Shown in pieces: positions 8,986 through 17,852 of a DNA stretch of 37,239 nt (its first letter is position 1; each line of letters opens with the position of its first letter). The notes under the pieces are model-generated. The model was given only the letters and a program-made list of their open reading frames with translations, ran no database searches and was not told the origin of the DNA. This DNA is from Bacteroidota bacterium (GTDB taxonomy: Bacteria; Bacteroidota; Ignavibacteria; UBA10030; BY39), in assembly GCA_018830765.1 (NCBI GenBank), contig JAHJRJ010000003.1, positions 1-37,239 of the forward strand. The letters run 5' to 3'. The translations under genes were made by a program, and so were the position numbers.

Positions 8986-9765
8986 ATGAAACAATCAATG
9001 TTTTCAATAGTCGTATTCGTATTAGCCGCAGTAATATCGGTATCGATATGGTGGTTTATTCTTGGAGATCCAGCCAACTTCAAAGACGGTGAAGGTAGAC
9101 ACCAGCCGACAACTCTGCTTGGAACTGTCTTCGTCGGTGGCTTTTTCGTTCCAGTATTAATAATGCTTTCAATTCTTGCAGTTACATTCACTTTTGAGAG
9201 AATGTTCTCGTTAGGAAAAGCCAAAGGCAAAGGTTCGATGGCTACATTTGTTCGTCAGATTCAACGCGATCTACAGACAGGAAATATCGATTCCGCAATG
9301 GCAGCTTGTGATAAGCAGCGTGGTTCACTAGCTAATATAGTAAAAACCGGTTTGGAGAGATATAAAGTAATTTCTAAAGAAGAAAAAGGCTGGGAAGCTG
9401 AAAAAGAAATGGCTGAAGTTCAACGCTCAATCGAAGAAGCCACCTCGCTTGAGATGCCCGTTTTGGAAAGAAACCTTATTGCCTTATCGACGATTGCATC
9501 GACAGCCACGATGGTCGGCTTACTCGGTACAACCGTAGGTATGATTCGCGCTTTCCGCGCATTAGCTCAAGCCGGTGCACCCGATGCCATTCAATTATCT
9601 ATTGGTATATCGGAAGCTCTCATTAATACAGCCGGCGGATTATTTGCAGCCATCGCAGGTATCGTTGCCTATAATTTCTTTGTTAATAAAGTTGATGCTT
9701 TCACTTATATGATTGATGAAGCAGGATATAATATGATTCAGACCTTAATGTCCAAATCTAAATAA
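8986..9765 (+). CDS. exbB: MotA/TolQ/ExbB proton-channel protein
   Basis: Three TM segments and the signature LSTIASTATMVGLLGTTVGMIRAF ... GISEALINTAGGL. SD AAGGAG. Confidence 0.9.
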   Translation: MKQSMFSIVVFVLAAVISVSIWWFILGDPANFKDGEGRHQPTTLLGTVFVGGFFVPVLIMLSILAVTFTFERMFSLGKAKGKGSMATFVRQIQRDLQTGNIDSAMAACDKQRGSLANIVKTGLERYKVISKEEKGWEAEKEMAEVQRSIEEATSLEMPVLERNLIALSTIASTATMVGLLGTTVGMIRAFRALAQAGAPDAIQLSIGISEALINTAGGLFAAIAGIVAYNFFVNKVDAFTYMIDEAGYNMIQTLMSKSK

Positions 9766-9780
9766 TAGGAGTAATTAATT

Positions 9781-10311
9781 ATGCCTAAAATTAAGAAAGG
9801 ACGTGTAAGTATCCGGATTGATATGACCCCGTTTGTGGATATCGGTTTTCTGCTGCTTACATTTTTTATGTTGACAACTCAATTTAAACCACCTGAAGAG
9901 GTGGTGATTGAACTTCCGTTCTCTCATTCGCAATACAAACTACCTGAATCCGATGTAATGATGATAACGATTACCAAAGACGATAGAATATTTCTTGGCT
10001 TGGATGCTCAAGGTGCCCGATCGCGTGTTTTAGGAGAAGTCGTCAAAAGGAATTGGGATTATTATTCACCCGATGTCAGGAAACAATACGGCTCGCCGGA
10101 AGCATTAGCAAAATTAGCTCTAAGTGTGGAAGTTAATGTTAAAGATTTGCCGGATCTTTTGATTAAAGCCCGTATAACGAACCCGAAGTTGAGAACGGTT
10201 GTTAAAGGAGATAAAGACGCTAATTATGGTATAACAGAAGACGTAATGAACATATTGCAAAAAACCCAGATTACGCGTTTCAATTTAATAACTAATTTAG
10301 AACATAATTAA
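9781..10311 (+). CDS. exbD: ExbD/TolR biopolymer transport protein (long form)
   Basis: N-terminal IDMTPFVDIGFLLLTFFMLTT TM motif plus a periplasmic domain carrying an insertion. SD AGGAG. Confidence 0.88.
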   Translation: MPKIKKGRVSIRIDMTPFVDIGFLLLTFFMLTTQFKPPEEVVIELPFSHSQYKLPESDVMMITITKDDRIFLGLDAQGARSRVLGEVVKRNWDYYSPDVRKQYGSPEALAKLALSVEVNVKDLPDLLIKARITNPKLRTVVKGDKDANYGITEDVMNILQKTQITRFNLITNLEHN

Positions 10312-10322
10312 GGAGTAAATCT

Positions 10323-10823
10323 ATGGGTGCTGTTGACTCTGCTGCCCCACGAGGGCACGAGAAAAAGAAAGGTAAGAAACGTAAACCACGTCGTATTGGA
10401 ATCAGAATAGATATGACTCCGTTTGTGGATATCACATTTTTGTTGTTGACCTTCTTTATGTTAACAACCACAATGGTACAACCACAGACGATGGAAATAA
10501 ATTTGCCTCCATCTGCTGATGTAAAAGTCGAAGTAGCAGAAAGTAATTTAATGACACTTAGGATTAAAGAAGATGCTTCAATTTTCTGGAATATGGGTAT
10601 TGAAAGCCCAAAGCGTGTAGAATTTGATAATTTGAAAGCACTACTCAGGGAAAGACATGAACAAAACCCTAAGCTTACAGTGTTATTAAAGATAGACAGA
10701 GGCGGAAAATACCACATGATGGTAGATATTATTGATGAATTTAATGTTGCGGGTATATCACGATTTAGTATTGCTCCTATGTTAGAGCTCGATCTAAAAG
10801 TACTCGCAAAAGTATCTTCATAG
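10323..10823 (+). CDS. exbD: ExbD/TolR biopolymer transport protein (second copy)
   Basis: IDMTPFVDITFLLLTFFMLTT motif preceded by a basic N-terminal tail. SD AAGGAG. Confidence 0.88.
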   Translation: MGAVDSAAPRGHEKKKGKKRKPRRIGIRIDMTPFVDITFLLLTFFMLTTTMVQPQTMEINLPPSADVKVEVAESNLMTLRIKEDASIFWNMGIESPKRVEFDNLKALLRERHEQNPKLTVLLKIDRGGKYHMMVDIIDEFNVAGISRFSIAPMLELDLKVLAKVSS

Positions 10824-10840
10824 GAAAGGAGTGATTTATA

Positions 10841-11569
10841 ATGGATAAAACAGCAACTTTAAAGTTGCATTATGGAATGCAGGAATTGCGAGCCCTTAGC
10901 GCAAGATACTCTGGCTTTGCTTTAACACTGGCTGTTCTCATTCATCTTAGTGTAATAGGTGGATATTATTTGGCTGAATATCTTGCACAGGAAGATGAAC
11001 CGGTTTATACAATGCGGATCATGAAATATACAGAATTAGGACCACCTCCTTCAATTATGCATACTGAATCTGCACCTCAGCTTGCTATTATGTCGTCAAC
11101 GGCTAAACCGACTATCGGTGTACCGGTTCCCGTTCCGGATGCTGAGGTAAGCCCGGAACATACCTTTGCAACTCAGCAGGAAATGAGCCAGCAAATGAAC
11201 CCGGTCTCTTTAGAAGGTTTCGGTGGTGATGGCGGGGTCAAAATCGAGCAAGACATCAGAATCGAAGACGACGGTCCACCGCCGGATTTTGTTCCTGTCG
11301 AAAAACAACCTGTAGTTGTAAAGGAAGTAAAACCTGTTTATCCCGACCTTGCTCAACGTGCCAATATGGAAGGAACTGTTTGGGTAAAGATTTGGGTAGA
11401 TAAAGAAGGTAAACCGAGAAAAGCTGTCGTAATCAAGAGCGACGCGGAAATTTTCAACGAGGTTGCTGTTAATGCAGCGATGCAATGGGTATTTACTCCC
11501 GCAATTATGAATGATGGTCCGGTTGCAGTTTGGGTAGCGATTCCATTTAAATTCAAGTTGAAAAACTAA
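10841..11569 (+). CDS. tonB: TonB-family energy transducer
   Basis: N-terminal TM anchor, Pro-rich linker (PVPVPD, DDGPPPDFVPVEKQP), C-terminal TonB domain (PVYPDLAQRANMEGTVWVKIWVDKEGKP...VFTPA). Confidence 0.85.
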   Translation: MDKTATLKLHYGMQELRALSARYSGFALTLAVLIHLSVIGGYYLAEYLAQEDEPVYTMRIMKYTELGPPPSIMHTESAPQLAIMSSTAKPTIGVPVPVPDAEVSPEHTFATQQEMSQQMNPVSLEGFGGDGGVKIEQDIRIEDDGPPPDFVPVEKQPVVVKEVKPVYPDLAQRANMEGTVWVKIWVDKEGKPRKAVVIKSDAEIFNEVAVNAAMQWVFTPAIMNDGPVAVWVAIPFKFKLKN

Positions 11570-11580
11570 CAGTTCGGCAA

Positions 11581-11799
11581 TTGGAAAATAAATCTCAACA
11601 ATATTTAACATGGTTTGGTTATGCTGTAGCTTCGATTGTTATTGTAGTGGGCGTGATAACAGTTGCCGGACTACTTGTGCCGGGTTATGTACCCGACAAT
11701 TTTAGATATCTATTTGGTGCGGTTTTTATTTTATACGGAATTTTTCGAATCGTTACTTTATGGACGAAAAATAAACGACTGAGAGAAGATGAAGAGTAA
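11581..11799 (+). CDS. Small two-TM membrane protein (hypothetical)
   Basis: 72-aa ORF with no internal Met (TTG start in the track) and two hydrophobic helices. It overlaps the next gene by 11 nt. Coding status is uncertain. Confidence 0.4.
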   Translation: MENKSQQYLTWFGYAVASIVIVVGVITVAGLLVPGYVPDNFRYLFGAVFILYGIFRIVTLWTKNKRLREDEE

Positions 11800-12712
11800 A
11801 CACTTCATATTGTTCGCTTTCGCTGTTCTTCTGTTAGGATGCGACTCGGGCGAAGAAAAAGAATCGCCTACTAAAGGACGTCTCGTTTTTTCCGTCTCCG
11901 AAACAATCGCTCCGATGGCAAAACAGATGGCAGCAAAATTTGAAAACATTTATGAAGATTCGAAAATCGACATCAATGTAGTTTCTGCTCGTGAAGCCAT
12001 AGTACATCTTCTTAACGATAGCGTCGAAATAATTATTATCTCACGTTCGCTCAACGAGGAAGAACAATCGGTCGTAGATAAAGCCGGATTAAACGTGCGA
12101 CAGGTTGAAATAGCAGTCGGTGGATTTATTGTTATTACGAACAAGCAAAATCCTGTAAAAGGATTACGTGTTTCTCAGTTGGATAGCATCTACGACGGTC
12201 GGATAACTCGTTGGAGCGAACTTGGCTGGAAAAATTCAACTGCATTGGTCAAGTTTTTTATACCCGACCGAAACTCGGATGTGTATGAATCAATGCAGAA
12301 AAAATTTTCACCCGATAAAGCATTACCGAAATATTTTTTCCCATTGAGTTCGTCCGATTCAGTTATACAAGCGGTCTCGATTACGAGTAATGCAATGGGT
12401 ATGATTGGCTTGAATTATTACGACACTACTTATTCCGGTATTAAATTTTTAGAATTGAGCGACAGATCAGAACTCAGCGATTCACTTGGAGTGAGTGGTC
12501 TTTATTTTTCTCCGGCTCAAGCTTTCGTTTACCGCAAGCATTATCCGTTATGGACACCTGTCTATATTTACTCTAATATTAAAAGTGTTGGATTGGCGAG
12601 CGGATTTATTTCTTTTATATCAAGCGTGCAAGGTCAAAAGATAGTTTTAAATAATGGTCTCGTTCCGGCAACTATGCCAGTTCGAATTATTCAGTTAAAT
12701 CGAGGAGAATAA
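11789..12712 (+). CDS. PstS-like periplasmic substrate-binding lipoprotein (PBP fold)
   Basis: Lipobox LLLGC. The overall pattern resembles phosphate-binding-protein-like proteins that accompany ExbBD-TonB clusters. No ABC permease or ATPase gene is nearby. Confidence 0.65.
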   Translation: MKSKHFILFAFAVLLLGCDSGEEKESPTKGRLVFSVSETIAPMAKQMAAKFENIYEDSKIDINVVSAREAIVHLLNDSVEIIIISRSLNEEEQSVVDKAGLNVRQVEIAVGGFIVITNKQNPVKGLRVSQLDSIYDGRITRWSELGWKNSTALVKFFIPDRNSDVYESMQKKFSPDKALPKYFFPLSSSDSVIQAVSITSNAMGMIGLNYYDTTYSGIKFLELSDRSELSDSLGVSGLYFSPAQAFVYRKHYPLWTPVYIYSNIKSVGLASGFISFISSVQGQKIVLNNGLVPATMPVRIIQLNRGE

Positions 12713-12714
12713 AA

Positions 12715-14337
12715 GTGAAAAATGTATTTAAATCAGTAATCGCTTTGGTCATAATATTTTTGATTGCGTTTAATCTCAATGTTTATGCTCAAGATCCGTT
12801 AGAAATCGGCAAGGAAGAATTGAAGAATGGCAATTATTCAAAAGCATTATCTGCTTTTAAGGATGCTCAAAAGAAGCACAAGAAAAATCCCGAGCTGTAT
12901 TTCTTGATGGGTACGACATATGTGAAAATGGATTCGTTGGATGCCGCTTTGATTCCTTTCACTCAAGCCAGAGAGCTTGACGAAAAAAATCCTCTAATCT
13001 ATATTAATATAGGTGATATCTATTTTAAGCAAAGCATTACTCTTGCAGCTATCGAGCAATACAAGAAAGCAATCGACTTAAATACAGGGATAACCGAAGC
13101 CCATGTAAAATTAGCGCAAGCTTATAAACAGATGCGTAAATGGAACGAAGCTGCAACTTCATACATTACTGCTATACAATTGGATTCTACGAACGCCGAC
13201 CTATACGACGAGTTAGGAAGTATTTATTTCCTTGCTAAACAATACGGAAATGCAGCGTGGATGTACAAAAAACTTTCAGAACTGCGTCCGACCTCGATTG
13301 ACGCAAAAGTATTTTACCTGAAGTCGTTATATGAAATCAAAGATTATGAAAATACTGTCAAAACAGCCGAAAGTTTATTAGCTCTGGATTCTACGAAATT
13401 AGAAGCTTATCGTATAATTGCAGCAGCTTATGTCGAACGCAAGGATCATAAAAAAGCCGAAGTCGCCATATTAAAATTGAAGGAAAAAACTGAACTTACC
13501 GCTGAAGATTACTTGAATTTAGGGAAAGCCCAAAACGGACAAGACAAACAAGACTTGGCTATTCAATCTTTAGAAACTGCTCTAAAACTTGATTCGACTT
13601 TAGTCGATGCTTTTACCGACCTCGGTTCTTTATATATGCGTCAGAGACGTTACGAAGAGTCAGCGGCAATGTATGAGAAAAAAATAGCTGCCGATACAAT
13701 CTCGATTAGTGCATATCTCAACGCTTCGGCATCCTACGTTCAGCTTAAAAACTATGAGCGCAGCAGACAGTTACTGAAACGTGCGATTGAGTTAATGCCT
13801 AATTATATCGGCTCGAGATTGCGATTAGCTCAAACTTATGCCTTAATGGATTCTATAGATGCCGCCAAACAAGAATATGATGAAGTGCTAGCTCTGATCG
13901 GTGACCAAAACGGTAAATACAAAAGTGAGCTTAGCGAAGCATACAACATGATTGCCTCGTTCTACTTCCAAAAAAATAAATATGCGTCTTCGGCAGATTG
14001 GGCTCGTAAAGCAATTAGCTCTGGAGCAGACGGCAGTCAGATACGAGTGCTGCTGGGGCAATCTTTAATTCTCGGTAGAGGAGACGACTTGGATGAGAAC
14101 AGAAAAAAAATGGAAGAAGCTGTAAAACATTTTCGCAAAGCAATTGAACTTGACCCGAAGAGTGTTCAAGGACATCTCTGGCTCGCTCAAGGATTAATCT
14201 TCCTGCGTATCGAGGGGGAGGACGAGTTAAATAAAAAGCTAACAGCAGAAGCACGCCAAGAGTACAAAAAAGTACTACAACTCGACCCGAATAACGTCGA
14301 TGCTAAAAAAGGTTTAGAACGGATCGGAGATAAATAA
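12715..14337 (+). CDS. Secreted tetratricopeptide-repeat protein
   Basis: GTG start and signal peptide (..VYAQD), followed by repeated about 34-aa A..Y...G..Y......A...Y..AL.LDP units throughout. Confidence 0.85.
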   Translation: MKNVFKSVIALVIIFLIAFNLNVYAQDPLEIGKEELKNGNYSKALSAFKDAQKKHKKNPELYFLMGTTYVKMDSLDAALIPFTQARELDEKNPLIYINIGDIYFKQSITLAAIEQYKKAIDLNTGITEAHVKLAQAYKQMRKWNEAATSYITAIQLDSTNADLYDELGSIYFLAKQYGNAAWMYKKLSELRPTSIDAKVFYLKSLYEIKDYENTVKTAESLLALDSTKLEAYRIIAAAYVERKDHKKAEVAILKLKEKTELTAEDYLNLGKAQNGQDKQDLAIQSLETALKLDSTLVDAFTDLGSLYMRQRRYEESAAMYEKKIAADTISISAYLNASASYVQLKNYERSRQLLKRAIELMPNYIGSRLRLAQTYALMDSIDAAKQEYDEVLALIGDQNGKYKSELSEAYNMIASFYFQKNKYASSADWARKAISSGADGSQIRVLLGQSLILGRGDDLDENRKKMEEAVKHFRKAIELDPKSVQGHLWLAQGLIFLRIEGEDELNKKLTAEARQEYKKVLQLDPNNVDAKKGLERIGDK

Positions 14338-14377
14338 AAGAAAATAATCTTAATGTGAAGTTGGTTTTGTTTTTTTT

Positions 14378-14419
14378 GAATATCGAATATCGAATGCTGA
14401 ATATTAAATGACGAAGTAG
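14378..14419. repeat. Degenerate heptanucleotide tandem tract (6 units)
   Basis: GAATATC GAATATC GAATGCT GAATATT AAATGAC GAAGTAG. Confidence 0.7.
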
Positions 14420-14525
14420 TTTATAATACTTCGACATTCTGCGGTTCGGTGTTCACCCCGATAAAATCGGGGTTCAACATTCATTATTCAAAACTACCGC
14501 CATTAGCGGTGGTATTTCACAATAA

Positions 14526-14597
14526 GCTGGCGTAGCTCAGAGGTAGAGCAGCTGATTCGTAATCAGCAGGTCGTCGGTTCAAATCCGACCGCCAGCT
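14526..14597 (+). tRNA. tRNA-Thr (anticodon CGT)
   Basis: Hand-folded cloverleaf: acceptor GCTGGCG/CGCCAGC, D arm GCTC-AGAGGTA-GAGC, anticodon arm GCTGA-TTCGTAA-TCAGC, T arm GTCGG-TTCAAAT-CCGAC. CCA is not encoded. Confidence 0.9.
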
Positions 14598-14618
14598 CAA
14601 AGAGTAAATAGCAATTCA

Positions 14619-14674
14619 TCGGGATAATCAGTCCCGACTTTGTCGGGATCGGTTCAAGTCCGGTCTGCAGCTCA
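14619..14674 (+). other. tRNA-like 3' fragment A (stem-loop, T-arm-like element, acceptor 3' strand; no 5' half)
   Basis: TCGGGA-TAATCAG-TCCCGA stem-loop, then ATCGG-TTCAAGT-CCGGT T-arm-like hairpin, then CTGCAGCTCA. No matching 5' acceptor strand or D arm lies upstream. Confidence 0.5.
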
Positions 14675-14680
14675 AAAAAA

Positions 14681-14728
14681 TGTCGGGATAAACCATAGGT
14701 CGTCGGTTCAATCCCGACCACCAGCTCA
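14681..14728 (+). other. tRNA 3' fragment B (diverged copy of the tRNA-Thr 3' end)
   Basis: TAGGTCGTCGGTTCAATCCCGACCACCAGCTCA versus the tRNA 3' end CAGGTCGTCGGTTCAAATCCGACCGCCAGCTCA: about 29 of 33 positions identical by hand alignment. Confidence 0.6.
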
Positions 14729-14734
14729 ACTAGT

Positions 14735-14762
14735 GCAGTCTACGACTGCCGTAGGCAGTTTG
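14735..14762 (+). terminator. Overlapping hairpins with T run after the tRNA region
   Basis: GCAGTC-TAC-GACTGC (14735-14749) and CTGCC-GTA-GGCAG (14746-14758) followed by TTTG. Confidence 0.4.
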
Positions 14763-14822
14763 CAATTTTAACGGATTCTTAATATATTAAGCGCAAGAAA
14801 ATTTGAATAATTAGGAGATTTT

Positions 14823-15053
14823 ATGAAAGACGGTATCCATCCCGCATACAAAAAGTCGGTTGTTACTTGCGTTTGCGGCAATACATTCGAAACTCGTTCT
14901 ACAACCGGTAATATAAAAGTAGAAATTTGCTCAGTCTGCCACCCCTTCTTTACGGGTAAGCAAAAGCTGCTGGATTCGGCGGGTAGAGTTGAAAGGTTCA
15001 ATAGAAAGTATAAATTGACCACACCGGAAGCTACAACAGAAACAACAGCATAA
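14823..15053 (+). CDS. rpmE: 50S ribosomal protein L31
   Basis: [10 protein letters not shown]..., Zn-ribbon cysteines C16/C18 and C36/C39 (CVCGNTF...[12 protein letters not shown]), and the RVERFNRKY motif. SD AGGAGA. Confidence 0.95.
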   Translation: MKDGIHPAYKKSVVTCVCGNTFETRSTTGNIKVEICSVCHPFFTGKQKLLDSAGRVERFNRKYKLTTPEATTETTA

Positions 15054-15080
15054 CGGAAATTGGTTCAATTCAAGATTTAC

Positions 15081-15114
15081 ACGGAATGTACGAAACTGCA
15101 TTCCGTTTTTTTTT
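15081..15114 (+). terminator. Rho-independent terminator of rpmE
   Basis: ACGGAATG / CATTCCGT stem followed by a T9 run. Confidence 0.8.
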
Positions 15115-15134
15115 AAATATTCGAGGAAATTAAA

Positions 15135-16421
15135 ATGAAAGTTTATGTCTTTGAAGATACCAAATATGAAAAATTTTTACCGCTTGTTTATTTCCGGCCC
15201 GTGTTTGATTTAAAGTGCGGCGCACTCTCTTTAAAAGAAAAAATCGAAAAATACACAGGTTCTAAAATATCCCATTTGTTGTGCCGTAAAGAGTTATCCT
15301 CCCTTCTAAAAGAAATTTACCCCAAGAAAAAAACGAACGGGCTGTCGTCCGATTTCTCTCTATTTATAAACGGTAGAGTAATCGCAGATTCAAGTTTTAT
15401 TAAGCAGCTTCGTTTTGACAAGAAAAAAGATAAACTTTTTATCAAAGACGATTCAATCGTTGCGGCTTACTTGAAGCCCGTAACAATAGAAAAGTTGCGC
15501 GAGCGTTGGGACAACAATTCGATTAACATTTCCGACATATTGAAATCCGTTGCATCGGAAGAAGATATCCAGATGCAAGATACCGATGTAAGAATAGCCG
15601 ACTACGCTTGGGATTTGATTAAATTCAACGGTGAGGAGATAAGAAATGATTTTCTTTTAATCTCAAAAGAGATGAAGGGTAAAAAGTTATTAGGAAGTAT
15701 CCACAGCAGCGCTCATCTCCTGAACAAAAAAGATATAATAATTGACAGGGAATCAGAAATCGGTCCCGGAGTTGTTCTCGACGCGACACACGGGCAAATA
15801 ATTATCGGGATGAACGTGAATGTAATGGCGCATGCAGTAATTATCGGACCGACTTTCATCGGAGATAATACAATCGTTAGGGTTGGCGCAAAAATTTATT
15901 CTAATACATCAATCGGAGAAGTTTGTAAAGTGGGAGGTGAGGTGGATTCCTCTATTATTCATTCATACTCCAACAAACAGCACGACGGATATTTAGGCCA
16001 CGCTTATTTAGGCAGTTGGGTTAATATCGGCGCCGATACGAACAACAGCGATTTGAAAAATAATTATTCGAATGTTAAAGTTTATTTAAATGGAAAACTT
16101 ACCGATACGGGAATGCAACATTTCGGTATGCTGATGGGTGACCACTCGAAAACTGGCATTAACATGATGTTCGATACGGGAACCATTATCGGCGTAGCTT
16201 GTAATCTGTATGGGAGTGGTTTGCCTCCTCGATTCGTTCCGTCGTTTGTGAGAGGAAGTGTAACTGCCCCTCTTAAAACTCATTCTATCGAAATGGCTTT
16301 AGAAACAGCAAAAATAGTTATGAGCAGGCGTAACGTTCAATTCCTCAAATCTTATGAGGAATTATTCAGGAAAACTTTCGAGCTTACCGTTTCCGAACGC
16401 AAAAGAGAAAAAAACATCTAA
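15135..16421 (+). CDS. Putative sugar nucleotidyltransferase/acyltransferase with left-handed beta-helix (GlmU-like)
   Basis: The C-terminal half carries hexapeptide repeats (IGPGVVLDATHGQIIIGMNVNVMAHAVIIGPTFIGDNTIVRVGAKIYSNTSIGEVCKVGGEV). The N-terminal half has no canonical G-x-G-T-R motif that I can see. Confidence 0.6.
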   Translation: MKVYVFEDTKYEKFLPLVYFRPVFDLKCGALSLKEKIEKYTGSKISHLLCRKELSSLLKEIYPKKKTNGLSSDFSLFINGRVIADSSFIKQLRFDKKKDKLFIKDDSIVAAYLKPVTIEKLRERWDNNSINISDILKSVASEEDIQMQDTDVRIADYAWDLIKFNGEEIRNDFLLISKEMKGKKLLGSIHSSAHLLNKKDIIIDRESEIGPGVVLDATHGQIIIGMNVNVMAHAVIIGPTFIGDNTIVRVGAKIYSNTSIGEVCKVGGEVDSSIIHSYSNKQHDGYLGHAYLGSWVNIGADTNNSDLKNNYSNVKVYLNGKLTDTGMQHFGMLMGDHSKTGINMMFDTGTIIGVACNLYGSGLPPRFVPSFVRGSVTAPLKTHSIEMALETAKIVMSRRNVQFLKSYEELFRKTFELTVSERKREKNI

Positions 16422-16423
16422 AG

Positions 16424-17779
16424 ATGGAAATCGACGATAAAATAAATATCTATCAAGGTCCCCGAGGGACTGCCATAAGAATATTGAACAGGGTCGAGCG
16501 GACAGACGCATATCTCGATAAACTACTCGATATCGAATTGAACAGGAAAGAAATTTCGGATTTGGACAAAGGTTTACTCAACGAGATTGTGCACGGTGTG
16601 ATCCGGTGGAAGAATCGCCTCGATTGGGTAATCAACGGTTTTTATAATGGGAACTATCATAAAACAGAGATAAATTTAAAGAATGCACTTCGAGTTGCGG
16701 CTTATCAAATCCTTTTTCTCCAACGGATACCCAATCATGCCGCTGTAAACGAATCTGTCGAATTCATTAAGCGGTTAAACGGTGAGAAGGCGGCAAATCT
16801 GGTAAATGCAGTCCTGCGAAATATTATAAGAAATCTGGCTTCGATTAGGTATCCCGAACCCGAAGTGGATGCAGTCCATTATCTTTCGGTTTATTATTCT
16901 TATCCGAATTGGATGGTTAAAAGATGGCTGCCGAGGTTCGGTTATGAGGAGACCGAAAAGCTTCTTATCGCTTATAATCAAATCCCGGGAATCACAATCA
17001 GAATAAACAAGATGCGATGTGAACCCGCAAAATTTTTATCTATTCTTGATGCGGCGGCAATTCAATACCACGGTTCAGAATATATTGATTATTATTTGAA
17101 AGTAACCAATCTATCTGCGTTGAGTGATCTAAATTTATTTCAGGATGGTTGTTTTTCAATTCAAGATGAAAGCGCTGCTTTACCTACCATGCTGCTGAAT
17201 CTACAGCCGGGTGAAAGAGTAATAGATTTATGCGCTGCGCCGGGAGGTAAAACAACACACATCGCAGAGCTTATGAGAAACCAAGGCAGTATAATCGCAG
17301 TCGATAAGTATGATTACAAGTTGGGTTTGATTAAAACAAGTTGTGAAAGGTTAGGAATCACTATCGTTGATTATAAAGTTTCCGATGCGGGGGAATTAGA
17401 CGACCTTCCTGCCGATAAAGTATTGGCTGATGTTCCTTGTTCGGGATTAGGAGTGCTGCGTAAAAAACCTGACATTAAATGGAAAAGAGATATCTCGGAT
17501 ATTAACAAACTCATCGGTTATCAGAAATCGATTTTAGAGAATGCAGCGAAACTAACAAAACCCGGAGGTGTGATAGTGTATAGTACTTGTACGACGGAAC
17601 CGGAAGAGAATATGTTATTAATTCAAGAATTTCTAAAATCGCATCCCGAGTTTTCTATCGATGACGCCTCGAAATACGTAAATCATGAGCTTGTAAACAA
17701 TTCCGGTTGTGTCGAAACCTTTCCGCACAAACATCACATGGATGGTTCGTTTGCGGTCCGACTCGTAAAATCTTCATAA
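16424..17779 (+). CDS. rsmB: 16S rRNA (cytosine-C5)-methyltransferase RsmB/Sun
   Basis: N-terminal NusB-like domain, SAM motif VIDLCAAPGGKT, catalytic DVPCSG and YSTCT motifs. Confidence 0.9.
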   Translation: MEIDDKINIYQGPRGTAIRILNRVERTDAYLDKLLDIELNRKEISDLDKGLLNEIVHGVIRWKNRLDWVINGFYNGNYHKTEINLKNALRVAAYQILFLQRIPNHAAVNESVEFIKRLNGEKAANLVNAVLRNIIRNLASIRYPEPEVDAVHYLSVYYSYPNWMVKRWLPRFGYEETEKLLIAYNQIPGITIRINKMRCEPAKFLSILDAAAIQYHGSEYIDYYLKVTNLSALSDLNLFQDGCFSIQDESAALPTMLLNLQPGERVIDLCAAPGGKTTHIAELMRNQGSIIAVDKYDYKLGLIKTSCERLGITIVDYKVSDAGELDDLPADKVLADVPCSGLGVLRKKPDIKWKRDISDINKLIGYQKSILENAAKLTKPGGVIVYSTCTTEPEENMLLIQEFLKSHPEFSIDDASKYVNHELVNNSGCVETFPHKHHMDGSFAVRLVKSS

Positions 17780-17784
17780 CTTTC

Positions 17785-17840
17785 AAATAACGAATGACAA
17801 ATAACAAATGACAAAGAACAAAGTACAAAGTACAAATGCT
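17785..17840. repeat. Degenerate heptanucleotide tandem tract (8 units, AAAnnAC family)
   Basis: AAATAAC GAATGAC AAATAAC AAATGAC AAAGAAC AAAGTAC AAAGTAC AAATGCT. Confidence 0.75.
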
Positions 17841-17852
17841 CAAGGATAAACC

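Noticed and set aside
14340-14820. Integrated mobile element at tRNA-Thr
   Set aside because: tRNA 3'-end duplicates are present, but the whole interval is under 250 bp with no integrase, excisionase or cargo. Only scars can be claimed.
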